Below are positions 21,263-31,438 of a stretch of 64,000 nucleotides of DNA, piece after piece. The stretch is taken from NCBI GenBank assembly GCA_965223905.1, contig CBDCXV010000001.1, positions 352,001 to 416,000 of the forward strand. Reading direction: 5' to 3'. The DNA is from Candidatus Latescibacterota bacterium (GTDB taxonomy: Bacteria > Latescibacterota > UBA2968 > UBA8231). The notes beneath the pieces were generated by a model that did no database searches, was not told the DNA's origin, and saw nothing but the letters and a program-made list of their open reading frames with translations. The number at the start of each line of letters is the position of its first letter. Positions within the stretch are counted from its first letter, which is position 1. The translations under genes and the position numbers were made by a program.

Positions 21263-21678
21263 ATGCCTTCAGGAGACGGGACCAGCCAGACAGGCATCCG
21301 CTTTCAGCCCGACGAGAGGCGGCCCACCTCCTCTCCGCCGGCATGGGAGTCCAGGCAGCGATGCTCGTCCTATGCTGCCTTGCCGGCGAGGACACGCTGT
21401 TGAGCCTTGGGATGCCGGAGGAAGGGGAAGAAGCCGGGCAGAAGCGGCGTCTGCTTCTGTTCGCCAACCGCGACGGGAGCGCCCTTGAGCTGGAGTTTGT
21501 GGCCGCCATCGGTGACGAGAACCTCGAGGACATGATGGTGCTGCTGGGGGAACGGGCCGAAGCTCCCGACGAGCGCGAGCTGTCGCTGCGCCTGCTGCGC
21601 CACGTTGCCTCGTCGGTGCGTCACCAGCAGTACCATGATACCGACATCGTAACAGTGCGGGTCGAAAGAGACAGCTGA
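21263..21678 (+). pseudogene. internally deleted xanthine/uracil (NCS2) permease-like remnant
   Basis: IRFQPDER and LSAGMGVQAAML resemble an NCS2 N-terminus, joined directly to a soluble tail (LELEFVA...SLRLLRHVASSVRHQQYHD); the TM core is absent. Confidence 0.55.
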
Positions 21679-21749
21679 TTCGCAAAAACGCGCATCTTCG
21701 CGCACGCTTTTGGGAGATCCACCCAGAGGATTTCCGGGTGCGGAAACCG

Positions 21750-23367
21750 GACGGCGGGGATCCTTCGCAACCTGCCGCGCCTCGTCCAGCGTTTCGACAA
21801 CGTGATTATCCGGTACGTTCCGCAGGATATCGAGGGCGTACAGGGTGCCGGCAACAGGGCCAGCGAGCCCCATCACGATGGACTCGGTCTGCTCTTTTGC
21901 GGCGACATCCAGGAGCTGCGCAATCAACATGGCGGCACTGTCGTCGAGGTAGGTGGCGCCGGTGAAGTCGAAGATGACGACCTCGTGATCCTTGATGTCC
22001 CCGCCTATCACTCCCACCAGCTTGTTGGCGGAGGCGACGGTGAAGCTTCCCCTGAGCGCAACCAGGCCGACGCGGGCGGAATGGAATACGGATCCATCCC
22101 GGACGCATCTTCGTGTTCGGAGAAGAACGTCTGGTCCATCAGCGGCACCGAGACGACGCTGTCGAGCTCCAGGCGTTCCAGCTGCCGCGCGTTGGCCATG
22201 CCTGCGGCGATCAGCCCTATGGCGACGGCGGTTACCAGGTCGACGAACACCGTGAGCCCCAGGGTGAGAACCATGACCAGAAGATGTTCGCGCCGGATGC
22301 GGTGGACCCGGGTGAGGAGACGCCAGTCGATGATGTCCCAGCCCACTTTCATCAGGATGCCGGCGAGAGCTGCGTGAGGGATCGGCTCGACGTAGCGGCC
22401 GAGGCCCAGCAGCAGCGCCAGCAGGAGCAGGCCCCGCAATGCCCCCGATACCTGGGTCTGGCCGCCGGCGCGTATGTTGGTCACGGTGCCCATGGTGGCC
22501 CCGGCCCCGGGCAAGCCGCCGAACAGTCCGGAAACCATGTTGCCGATACCCTGCCCGACGAGTTTCCGGTTCGGGTTGTGGCGGGTACCGGTCAGCGAAT
22601 CGGCCACCAGGGAGGTGAGGAGGCTGTCTATGGATCCGAGCAGGGCGAGGATGAGCACCGGTTCCAGGGCGCGTACGAGGAATCCGGCGGAGGGCAGAGT
22701 GAACTGCAAGCTCGGCAGGTCGGTCGGCACTGGTCCGATGACCGGGGCGTCGCTCAACCACAGGACGCCTAGAAGGGTGCCGGCAATCAGGGCCACGAGC
22801 AGAGGAGGCAGGAATCTCGCCAGCCGCCGGGGCCAGAGCACGGCGGCAGCGAGAGTGACCGCGGCGATCGCGAAGGCGCCGAAATCGATACTGCCCACCG
22901 CCTCGGGCAAAGCTCTGATGGCGCCCATGGGTCCACCCGGCGCGGTGGGGGCTCCGAGGAACGGCATGGTCTGAATCAGAATGATGATGATGCCGATGCC
23001 GGACATGAACCCGGAAACAACCACGTGCGGCGTGTAGGCCACGAAGCGGCCGACTTTCGACAGGCCCAGAAGCACCTGCAGCAGCCCGGCCAACACGACG
23101 ATGGTCAAGGCTTCGGTGAGGTTGGCGGCGTGGCTGGTCACGATGACGGCCATGGCGACCGCCATCGGCCCCGTGGGGCCGGATATCTGGGACCGCGTCC
23201 CGCCGAATCACCGACGCGAAGAAACCGACGGCGATCGCCCCGTACAGGCCGGCAGCCGCCCCCAGTCCCGAGGCTATCCCGAAGGCAAGCGCCACCGGCA
23301 GTGCCACTATCATGGAGGTGACGCCGCCGAAAAAGTCCCCGCGGAGCGTATGGATGTCGTAGCTCAT
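21750..23367 (-). pseudogene. SulP/SLC26 anion (bicarbonate, BicA-like) transporter with STAS domain, frameshifted
   Basis: GDFFGGVT, ALPVALAFG, GPMAV, SIDSLLT, GAGATMGT, STAS IFDFTGATYLD; +1 nt near 23208 and 5-bp duplication GGAAT at 22078-22087; 3' boundary approximate. Confidence 0.85.
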
Positions 23368-23795
23368 GTCACACCTTCAGGCGTGGTTGAGTTGGGAGGA
23401 GTGCAGCTTTTTTCAAGGAACGCCGCTATCCTACAGCTGCTTTCTAAGCGTATCCATGGTGATCTACCGCATGAGAGTACGGCCGAATCTTCGCGTTTTG
23501 TCATGTTTCTGCAATTGCCACGAAGCTGAAACACCGCGATCCGGACGCGCGCGCGGCTCTCTCACCGGTTCGGGACCGACTTGCAAGCCGCGATTGGAAG
23601 CACCTTGAACAGCCGCGCATCGGACGACACTCCATATGCCACCCCAGTCGAGCGAAGCAGACACACGTTAGCCGTCAGCTGTCCCCCCGAAGCCACCAAG
23701 GGGACGCGGCACCTGAGCCCGTTTTTTGGTTTTTACGGAGAATGGCTTCGTCACTCTTTCGTTCCTGCGGTATGTTCCTACAAAAAGGAGGAACC

Positions 23796-24161
23796 ATGAA
23801 AGCTGTCAGTGTTCGCGAGCTGAAGAACAATCCGTCGGCGGCGCTTCGAGCGGCGCGGGCACATCCCGTAATGGTGCTCAACCGGCACCATCCGGAAGCC
23901 ATTCTGTTTCATCTCGATAACGATTCGTTTCTCTCTGAGCCAGGTATCCGGCGCGCGCTCGCCACGGCTCTGTACCGCGAACAGAGCCTTTCCCTCGGGC
24001 AGGCGGCGCGCTTCTCCGGCCTCGGGACCGCCGCTTTCATCCAGCACATATCCCGGCTTGGCATTCCCGTGGTGGGAGGCAGCGCGGCTTCCGTAAATGA
24101 GGACACAGAGGCGATCAGCGCATGGCGGAAAGACTTGTCGCAGCCGACGCAAGCCCCTTGA
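23796..24161 (+). CDS. antitoxin, Phd-like N-terminus fused to a UPF0175 HTH
   Basis: AGGAGG RBS; VSVRELKNNPS (Phd/YefM-like) plus LYREQSLSLGQAARFSGL (UPF0175-like). Confidence 0.8.
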   Translation: MKAVSVRELKNNPSAALRAARAHPVMVLNRHHPEAILFHLDNDSFLSEPGIRRALATALYREQSLSLGQAARFSGLGTAAFIQHISRLGIPVVGGSAASVNEDTEAISAWRKDLSQPTQAP

Positions 24162-24628
24162 TCGGACTCGCCTCCGCGGGCGCGTTCGACCTGCTTCGCA
24201 GGCTGTTCCGCGAGGTTACAGTGACGGCCGCTGTTCGCGACGAGGTGCTGGCGGGGGGCGACCTTCCGGGGGCACGGGAGGTCGCCGAGGCGATCGAGGA
24301 CGGATGGATCGAAGTGGGGACAGCTTGCCCCGACCTGGCGAAGTTCTCCGATCTTGGCGCGGGTGAGGCCAGTACGCTTACGCTCGCCAGCTCGAGAACG
24401 GACCAATGTCTGGTGTTGATGGACGACCTGTTTGGCCGTGTCCATGCCCGCGTTCATGGACTTTCCGTCACCGGGCTTGCCGGAGTGCTTCTCGCCGCCA
24501 AACGCGCGGGGTTCATACACAGCATCCGGCCCTTCTTCGAGCGCCTCGAGAAAAGCAACTTCAGACTATCGCAGGAAGTCATTCGCACCATCCTTGAACA
24601 GGCAGAAGAAACAGATGCTACGAAATGA
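24122..24628 (+). CDS. DUF3368 family PIN-domain protein
   Basis: VAADASPLI, LGAGEA, LMDD, GLAGVLL..K..G; overlaps the antitoxin. Confidence 0.87.
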   Translation: MAERLVAADASPLIGLASAGAFDLLRRLFREVTVTAAVRDEVLAGGDLPGAREVAEAIEDGWIEVGTACPDLAKFSDLGAGEASTLTLASSRTDQCLVLMDDLFGRVHARVHGLSVTGLAGVLLAAKRAGFIHSIRPFFERLEKSNFRLSQEVIRTILEQAEETDATK

Positions 24629-24686
24629 GCCATGATCAGGTTCCATTGAAGCCCCGAAGAGGCTCGAACAACAAGGAGCGGACAAC

Positions 24687-25787
24687 ATGAAGGACACGCA
24701 GAGAAAGACATTTTCCATCGCCGCGCTGATCGCGGCTGCCTTGCTGCCCTGTAGTAGCGCCGTCGCCGAAGACCAGTCGCTGACGGTAGTATCCTGGGGC
24801 GGGTCCTATGCGCGCGCCTGCGTCAAGGGCTACCACGAGCGCTTCACCGCGGAAACGGGAATCGCCGTAAACCTCGAAGATTACAACGGGGGGCTGGCGC
24901 AGATACGCGCCCAGGTCGACGTAGGCAACGTGTACTGGGACGTGGTCGACCTGGAAATCCCCGACATGGTGCGCGGCTGCGACGAGGGCCTTCTCGAGGT
25001 CGTTTCGATCGACTCGCTGCCGGCTGGAGCCGACGGAACCCCGGCGGCAGAGGATTTCGTCGAAGGGACGATCACCGATTGCGGCCCGGCCACGATTTTC
25101 TACTCGACCGTGTCCGCCTACAACGAGAAGAATATCCCGGGCGAGAAACCCACCACCATGGCCGATTTCTTCGACCTGGAGAAATTCCCGGGCCGCCGCG
25201 GAATGAGGCGCTCGCCACTGGTGAACCTGGAGTTTGCGCTGATCGCCGACGGTGTGCCCCCCGACAAGGTCTATGCCACCCTCGATACGCCCGAGGGCGT
25301 CGACCGCGCCTTCCGCAAGCTCGACACCATCAAGGAGCAGATCGTGTGGTGGGAGGCCGGGGCGCAGCCTCCGCAGATGCTCGCCGACGGCGAGGTGACG
25401 ATGAGCACGGCCTACAACGGGCGCATCTTCAATGCCCAGGTGCTGGAAGATCAGCCCTTCGTCATCGTCTGGGACGGCCAGGTACTGGATACCGGCGGGC
25501 TGGCCATCGTCGCCGGAACCCCCAATCTCGAGGCGGCGATGAAGTTCGTCGCGTTTGCCTCGACTGCCCGGTCCATCGCCGACGTCGGGCGCTACATCGC
25601 CTACAGCCCGACCCGCCGCTCGGCGATGCCGCTGATTTCGACGCATGCCGAAAAGGGCGTGGACATGAACCCGCACATGCCCACGAGCGAGCAGAACTCA
25701 AAGCGCGCCCTGCACAACAACTGGGAATGGTGGAGCGACCACGGCGACGAAATGAACGAGCGCTTCAGCACCTGGCTGGCCCGGTGA
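24687..25787 (+). CDS. polyamine-type ABC transporter substrate-binding protein (PotD/PotF-like)
   Basis: signal peptide; VVSWGGSY, WDVVD, KFPGRRG, ALIADGV, YNGR. Confidence 0.88.
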   Translation: MKDTQRKTFSIAALIAAALLPCSSAVAEDQSLTVVSWGGSYARACVKGYHERFTAETGIAVNLEDYNGGLAQIRAQVDVGNVYWDVVDLEIPDMVRGCDEGLLEVVSIDSLPAGADGTPAAEDFVEGTITDCGPATIFYSTVSAYNEKNIPGEKPTTMADFFDLEKFPGRRGMRRSPLVNLEFALIADGVPPDKVYATLDTPEGVDRAFRKLDTIKEQIVWWEAGAQPPQMLADGEVTMSTAYNGRIFNAQVLEDQPFVIVWDGQVLDTGGLAIVAGTPNLEAAMKFVAFASTARSIADVGRYIAYSPTRRSAMPLISTHAEKGVDMNPHMPTSEQNSKRALHNNWEWWSDHGDEMNERFSTWLAR

Positions 25788-25835
25788 GGGGTCGGCGATG
25801 GAAATGGTAGGAATCCAAAAAGAAGGAGGACCAAA

Positions 25836-26196
25836 ATGGGGGACCTACGTTGATGTAACAATCCGGAATCCCGCGGAGCCTAAACGAACCTGGACCGGCG
25901 CCTTCCTGGTGGACACCGGCGCATTCGACTCGCTTGTACCCAGGGAACACGTGGAAGCGATCGGACTCAAACCAAAGGGTCGCCGGGAGTACACCCTGGC
26001 GAATGGAACCAAGATCAGCCTGGAGATCACGACGGCGGACCTGGAATTCGAGGGAGAGGTCGTAGGCGGCACCCTCGTATATGGAGAGGAAGGAGCCGAG
26101 CCGTTGCTCGGGGTAACGGCGCTGGAGTCCGGCGGCTTCGAGGTGGACCCACGCAACCAGGAACTCAAGCGATTGCCGGCGATTTTGCTGAAGTGA
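25836..26196 (+). CDS. clan AA (retropepsin-like) aspartic protease; probable frameshift right after the start
   Basis: LVDTGA catalytic motif, PLLGVTALE; the ATG after AGGAGGA (25836) is out of frame across a G5 run; in-frame alternative start at 25798. Confidence 0.82.
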
Positions 26197-26236
26197 TGAG
26201 AGTTGGGTCAAACCAACGAAACAGGTGGGGACGACC

Positions 26237-27760
26237 ATGAACCAACAGCAGCCACATCAGTCCGGAAATGGCACCTACTGCCTCGACATCAAGGATTTCG
26301 GACCGATCGCCAGGGCGAGCGTGGAGGTGCGACCACTCACCGTGTTCATCGGGCCGAGCAACACAGGCAAGTCCTACCTGGCGATTCTGATCTATGCGCT
26401 GAATCAATGTTTTGGCGGGGATCGCCTTCTCTTTGCCGTCAGGCACAGGATTTCCCTGTTCAATCCCGAAGGCGAGATCTCGCCTGAAATCCATGGCAGC
26501 TTGAGGGATTGGGCCGCTAGTTTATCCGAGCATGAGCAGCCTGAAGGGTTGCCCAGTAACGTAGTCGCGCACATTCGATCAAAGCTTGAGGGAGCAAGCG
26601 GTCTCGAACGGGCGTTTACAGAGGAAATACGTCGTTGCTTCGGGATTGACGCGCTCAAGGAATTGGTGCGGCGGGAGGGCAGGAGCACGCAGGCGACCGT
26701 CAATCTGGAAGTTGCCCAGAAAGATATGTCGGACGCGGTTCGCTACGAGTTCAGGTTCGGCTCAAACGAGCCAAGCGTAGTCGGTAGTCTGCCGCATGAC
26801 CTGTCCGGTTGGCCATCTGGCCGCTGGCTCCGTGACCCCACCGTTCGTGATCTGACCAGGCTTTTGCACGAGCCTGCCGATCAGAGTAAGACCGACAAAG
26901 AGGATCGTCTTCGAAATCTTCTTCTCTACCTGCCAACAGCGGCCTTCACTTCGTTGTTTGGTCCGGCATTCTCCAATGTCTACTACCTGCCTGCCGATCG
27001 CACCGGGGTCATGCACAGCCATCAAGTGGTCGTCAACACCTTGATTCACAACGCCACCACTGCCGGACAGCGCCCCTCCATGAACCTGCCGATGCTGTCC
27101 GGTGTGTTGGCCGATTTCCTGGGGGGGCTCATTGGAATGAGTGAACGGAATCACCGAGAATCTTTGGGGGAATTGGCAACGCAGCTGGAGGACAAGGTGC
27201 TGAAGGGTACCGTCAGGTTGGACCGCGCCGAAACCGGCTACCCCAGTTTTGCCTATCGCCCGAGCGGTTGGAAGGCGGACCTGCCGCTAATGCGGACATC
27301 CTCCATGGTTACCGAGCTCACGCCCGTCGTGCTGTATCTGCGCTACCTCGTGTGCCCGGGCGATGTGCTCATCATCGAGGAACCGGAGGCGCATCTGCAC
27401 CCTGGCATGCAGGCCGTGTTCGCCCGAGAGATCGCCCGCCTGATTCACTCCGGTGTCCGCGTCATCATGACAACCCACAGCGAGTGGTTCCTGGAGCAGA
27501 TTGGAAATCTCGTCAGGCTTTCCTCATTGCCGGAAAACAAACGGAAAGGCATCGTGGGAGCGGATGTCGCACTGCGTCCCCAAGACGTCGGCGCGTGGCT
27601 GTTCAAGCCTACGCAACGCCCCAAGGGTGCGGCCGTAGAGGAAGTCGTTCTGGACCCGGAGACGGGTCTGTTTCCAACCGATTTCGATCTGGTCAGTGAG
27701 ACCCTGTACAACGAAGGCGCCGAGATATTCAATCGGTTGCAGGAAAGCAAGGGCCCATGA
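26237..27760 (+). CDS. ABC-type (AAA_15/AAA_21-like) ATPase
   Basis: IKDFGPI, Walker A GPSNTGKS, YLPADR, SSMVTEL signature, Walker B IIEEPEAHLHP, TTHS; no TM segments. Confidence 0.9.
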   Translation: MNQQQPHQSGNGTYCLDIKDFGPIARASVEVRPLTVFIGPSNTGKSYLAILIYALNQCFGGDRLLFAVRHRISLFNPEGEISPEIHGSLRDWAASLSEHEQPEGLPSNVVAHIRSKLEGASGLERAFTEEIRRCFGIDALKELVRREGRSTQATVNLEVAQKDMSDAVRYEFRFGSNEPSVVGSLPHDLSGWPSGRWLRDPTVRDLTRLLHEPADQSKTDKEDRLRNLLLYLPTAAFTSLFGPAFSNVYYLPADRTGVMHSHQVVVNTLIHNATTAGQRPSMNLPMLSGVLADFLGGLIGMSERNHRESLGELATQLEDKVLKGTVRLDRAETGYPSFAYRPSGWKADLPLMRTSSMVTELTPVVLYLRYLVCPGDVLIIEEPEAHLHPGMQAVFAREIARLIHSGVRVIMTTHSEWFLEQIGNLVRLSSLPENKRKGIVGADVALRPQDVGAWLFKPTQRPKGAAVEEVVLDPETGLFPTDFDLVSETLYNEGAEIFNRLQESKGP

Positions 27761-28230
27761 GCGGGCTGGTTGAATCGGTGGCGGATAAGGTGCCCAGCGA
27801 ATGTCACGCCAAGCGCCTTCGCAAAGAGGGCTGCTCGGTGTCGATGAAAGGAATTTCCGAAACCCGCGTCGTCGTCGATCGCGACTGTAACGCGCTTGAC
27901 TTGGCACCTGCAAGTAAGCGGTGCGACTACCTGTTCGTGGGCGAAGAACTGAACGCAGCATGGGTTACGGCGATCGAGCATAAGAGTGGCCCCTTCAAGG
28001 CAGGGCCGGTCGTGGAACAGCTCCAGGGAGGCGCCAACGCTGCCGACAAATGGCTGCCTGCCGGAAGCTCGTTCCAATTCGTTCCGGTTCTGGCCCATCG
28101 AAAGGGAGTTCACAGGAACGATCAAAAGACCCTTCGCTCCAGAAAAATCAAGCTACGTGGGCAGGAGAAACAGACGGTGCTGATCCGTTGCGGGCAAGGG
28201 CTGAAAGAGGCTCTCCGGCAGAGGCAGTAA
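27757..28230 (+). CDS. small hypothetical protein with PD-(D/E)xK-like motif, coupled to the ATPase
   Basis: ATGA overlap; KRCDYLFV...IEHKSG...EQLQGG pattern. Confidence 0.7.
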   Translation: MSGLVESVADKVPSECHAKRLRKEGCSVSMKGISETRVVVDRDCNALDLAPASKRCDYLFVGEELNAAWVTAIEHKSGPFKAGPVVEQLQGGANAADKWLPAGSSFQFVPVLAHRKGVHRNDQKTLRSRKIKLRGQEKQTVLIRCGQGLKEALRQRQ

Positions 28231-28326
28231 CGCAAAGACGACGGTCCGCCTGCTTTTGTGCGCGGACCTTATATCCGGGTTGAGAATGGGAGTTGAGTGC
28301 CATCAGCCGTAGAATGGGAAGGGTGT

Positions 28327-29101
28327 ATGAACAAAACCGAACTCATGAAAGAGTTGCAAAAGTACGATATAGCCGAGCGTCAGGCTGGTCCCGGTGCCTC
28401 AGAGGATGAAATCAGGAAGTTCTATCTGCACCCTTCCCTGGCAGATTCCGTTGGGAAGTATTGCTCACTGTCGGTCTTTGAATTCCTGAGTGAAAAGTCC
28501 AAAGAGTGTCTGGAGTTTATTGGCGTTGAGCCGAAGATGAGCGATTTCAGCTTGGCACCAAGCCACTTCCAGGAACTATCGGAGCTGGAAACGCGTGCGG
28601 GGATAATCTTGAAAGTTATCGGGGGACTATTTGGGGTGGGTGCTATTCTGAAGCGTTCCCCGGATTTGGAAAGATGTATTGCCTATGCGAGGGCGCTTCG
28701 GGCCCATGAACGCAGCCGTCTATCCTTTTGGAGAACCTTGTCCTGGCGAGAGTTTGAGATAGAGGTTGCGAGGTTATTTCGTCGAATGGGCTTCAGGTCG
28801 AATCCAACACCGGCAACTGGAGACAGCGGTGTAGACGTGACTCTTTCGGATGAGATGGGCAGGAATATTCTAGTCCAATGCAAACACCACGCAAGGCCAA
28901 TCGGTCCCGCCATCGTTAGAGAAAATGGTTGGTACGATCGTCCGGGAAAAGGCTTCTTTTGGCATTACTGTCGCTCTCTCCGGATTTACCCAAGGTGCAT
29001 ACGATACAGCTGGACATTCTGTGATGTTATTGGAGGTGGAAGATTTGATAAATCTAAGCAAGCGGAACTTGGTTTTGAATCTTGGGGGGATGGCTTCGTG
29101 A
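28327..29101 (+). pseudogene. Mrr-like restriction endonuclease, frameshifted
   Basis: WREFEIEVARLF, GDSGVD, VQCK, IGPAIVRE; removing one A at 28922-28925 continues MVGT...SGFT to TGA 29099-29101. Confidence 0.82.
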
Positions 29102-29135
29102 CCGCGGAATTTCGACCACAAAGGAGATTCATGTG

Positions 29136-30344
29136 ATGACACTGACTACAAAAAGCTGCCGGCTGCTGCTTTGGGCAGTGGTTTTCGTCTTCGCCGGAGC
29201 AGATACGGCAAATGCCCAAACGGCACAGGATATCGCCAGGAAAGCCTTCAGTTCTACCGTTCTGTTGGTCATGGAGGACGCGAACGGCCAACCACTATCC
29301 CTTGGCAGCGGATTCTTCGTCGGTGCCGGACAGATCGCCAGCAACCTGCATGTAGTCGAAGGTGCGGTGCGTGGATCCGCAAAGCTGGTCGGTCAGAAGA
29401 CGAAGCACGACCTTGAAGGAATCGTAGCGGTTGATCCCGAACGAGATCTGGTCGTGCTCAAGATCGCAGTCGCTGGAGGGCCAGTGCTGGCTCTTGGTAA
29501 TAGCGACGCCGTGCAGGTTGGCGAATCTGTCTACGCCGTAGGCAACCCCCAGGGATTGGAGGGTACGTTTTCACAAGGAGTCGTGAGCAGTATCCGCGAG
29601 GTTGGCATTGATCAGATTCTCCAAATCACGGCTCCGATCTCGCCCGGTAGCAGCGGCGGTCCCGTTCTCAACAGCAAGGGGGCGGTGATCGGTGTTTCCG
29701 TTGCCACCTTCAGAGGGGGACAGAACTTGAATTTCGCCATCCCCTCAAATTACTTGAAGACGTTACTTGAAAAGGCGGGGCCGCCGAAGCCACTTGCACA
29801 AGCGAGACCAACCATGCTTCCAGAGGTCGATACTGACCAGTCTCGGAATCGGGACTCAGAGGCTGAAAGACTTTCAATTGGTTTGCAAGCGGATGCCGTG
29901 CCTTACCTTTTAAACGGATACAATGTGGCTGTATGGACCGGAAGAGATCGATTACGATTTTTGGGATTCTTGGAAAGTCTCTCTACCCCTGAAGTGTTGT
30001 TAAGAGATGGTTTTCAGAATGGCGAAGTTGACATCTCGTACGGTTTTCTGGTCGATTACTTTCTGGAGAAGAATTTCCAAGGACTATGGGTTTCAAGCGG
30101 ATTCGGATACTTTGGGGGTACAGTTGGGCATGAATCGGAACTTACAACCGGGGAAGTCGAAAATATCGTTTTCACGGTCGGGTTGGGATACGTTCTCCCT
30201 TTGGGAAATGGTTTCTATTTTAGTTCGATATTTTCGGCAAATTTTATAATCGGAGGGGATAAAGTAATTCGCGTTGGCTCAAAAACGTTCTATCTCGACG
30301 ATGCCACACCGGATTTAGGAGTTCAATTGGGCTGGGCGTATTGA
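29136..30344 (+). CDS. secreted trypsin-like (S1C) serine protease with a C-terminal beta-barrel-like domain
   Basis: signal peptide; GSGFF, triad NLHVV / RDLVVL / SPGSSGGP; amphipathic beta-strands ending LGVQLGWAY. Confidence 0.85.
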   Translation: MTLTTKSCRLLLWAVVFVFAGADTANAQTAQDIARKAFSSTVLLVMEDANGQPLSLGSGFFVGAGQIASNLHVVEGAVRGSAKLVGQKTKHDLEGIVAVDPERDLVVLKIAVAGGPVLALGNSDAVQVGESVYAVGNPQGLEGTFSQGVVSSIREVGIDQILQITAPISPGSSGGPVLNSKGAVIGVSVATFRGGQNLNFAIPSNYLKTLLEKAGPPKPLAQARPTMLPEVDTDQSRNRDSEAERLSIGLQADAVPYLLNGYNVAVWTGRDRLRFLGFLESLSTPEVLLRDGFQNGEVDISYGFLVDYFLEKNFQGLWVSSGFGYFGGTVGHESELTTGEVENIVFTVGLGYVLPLGNGFYFSSIFSANFIIGGDKVIRVGSKTFYLDDATPDLGVQLGWAY

Positions 30345-30356
30345 CGAAACTCCTTA

Positions 30357-30543
30357 AGAGCTGCCGCACGATTGGGAGCCGATGGTGATTCGGATCGATC
30401 ATCGGTTCACTGCGGTCGCGGCTCAAGGACCGAAGGCACGTGAAAAAATCCTTTTCGATTGTCAGCTGGCCGATCTTGACTTGCAACGCCTTTACCTTCG
30501 CCTCATGGTCGGCGGTGCCGGAAGAGACCTTGCGGACGAACAC
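30357..30543 (-). mobile_element. IS3-family transposase remnant (orfA/orfB junction)
   Basis: KIGQLTIEKDFF followed by MIDPNHHRLPIVRQ, typical of an IS3 OrfA end and OrfB start. Confidence 0.7.
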
Positions 30544-30714
30544 CTCCGGATAGGTCCTTTCTGGCCTTCCGTTTCAGTTGTGCAATTTAGTTTGGATGCA
30601 GTTGAAGCTTGGCAGCGAGCCCGGTTCTCGTTTTCCAGGGTCTTTCTACGTGGGTATGGGCGAAGATATGGGTTGTTGCTTGACAGTAGTCCGTTATGCC
30701 GGAAGGAGAACAAA

Positions 30715-31438
30715 GTGATCTGTCGCCTGTGTCAAGATGAAAATGGCCTCAAGAATTCGCACATCATTCCAGAGTTTTTCTACAAGCCAATCTACGACTC
30801 CAGGCATCGTCTTCATTTGCGTAAGTCAGGGATAACGCGTCACAGGCAAACCTTTGCAAAAAGGAATTCGGGAAAGGCTCCTGTGTGAGGATTGCGAGCA
30901 ACAACTGAGCCGAAACGAGAAATATGTCAGGGAAGTGCTATTTGGTGGCACGGAGATCGGGATAAGGAGATTTCAGCATAAGCGCGTGCTATCCAATCTC
31001 GATTATAAGAAGGTACGCCTTTTCTTCCTATCCCTCATCTGGAGAATGAGCGTAGCTTCTGAACATTCGATGTGGAAGAACGTCAACCTCGGACCTCATG
31101 AAGAGCCGATACGCCTCATGGTGTACAGCGAGATTCCCGGTGAACCGTGGAAGTACGGCTTTATGTGCATAGTTCCTCTCTTTGATGAAAAAATTCTCGA
31201 GGATTTGATTCTTGAGCCAGATTATGTCTCAAATGAATGGGGAAGGTTGTACCGGGTTGTCCTTAGTGGATTTTTGTACTGCTTTCATATTTCGAACCAA
31301 CGCCTTCCAGGACAGATGGACGAATGGTTGATTCGGAAGGATGGATCATGGGTGATCCCTTTTAGAGACGTAAGGGAAATACAATTTATCCGTGAGGAAG
31401 CGGAGCGAATATCCGGAAACATGGGAGTTTGGGCATGA
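30715..31438 (+). pseudogene. HNH-endonuclease-like protein, frameshifted near 30840
   Basis: CRLC...SHIIP then LLCEDCE in the next frame; GGAAGGAG RBS; low GC. Confidence 0.68.

Noticed and set aside
28327-30344. Mrr-protease fusion protein
   Set aside because: The corrected Mrr frame stops at 29099-29101, and the protease has its own AAGGAG RBS and signal peptide
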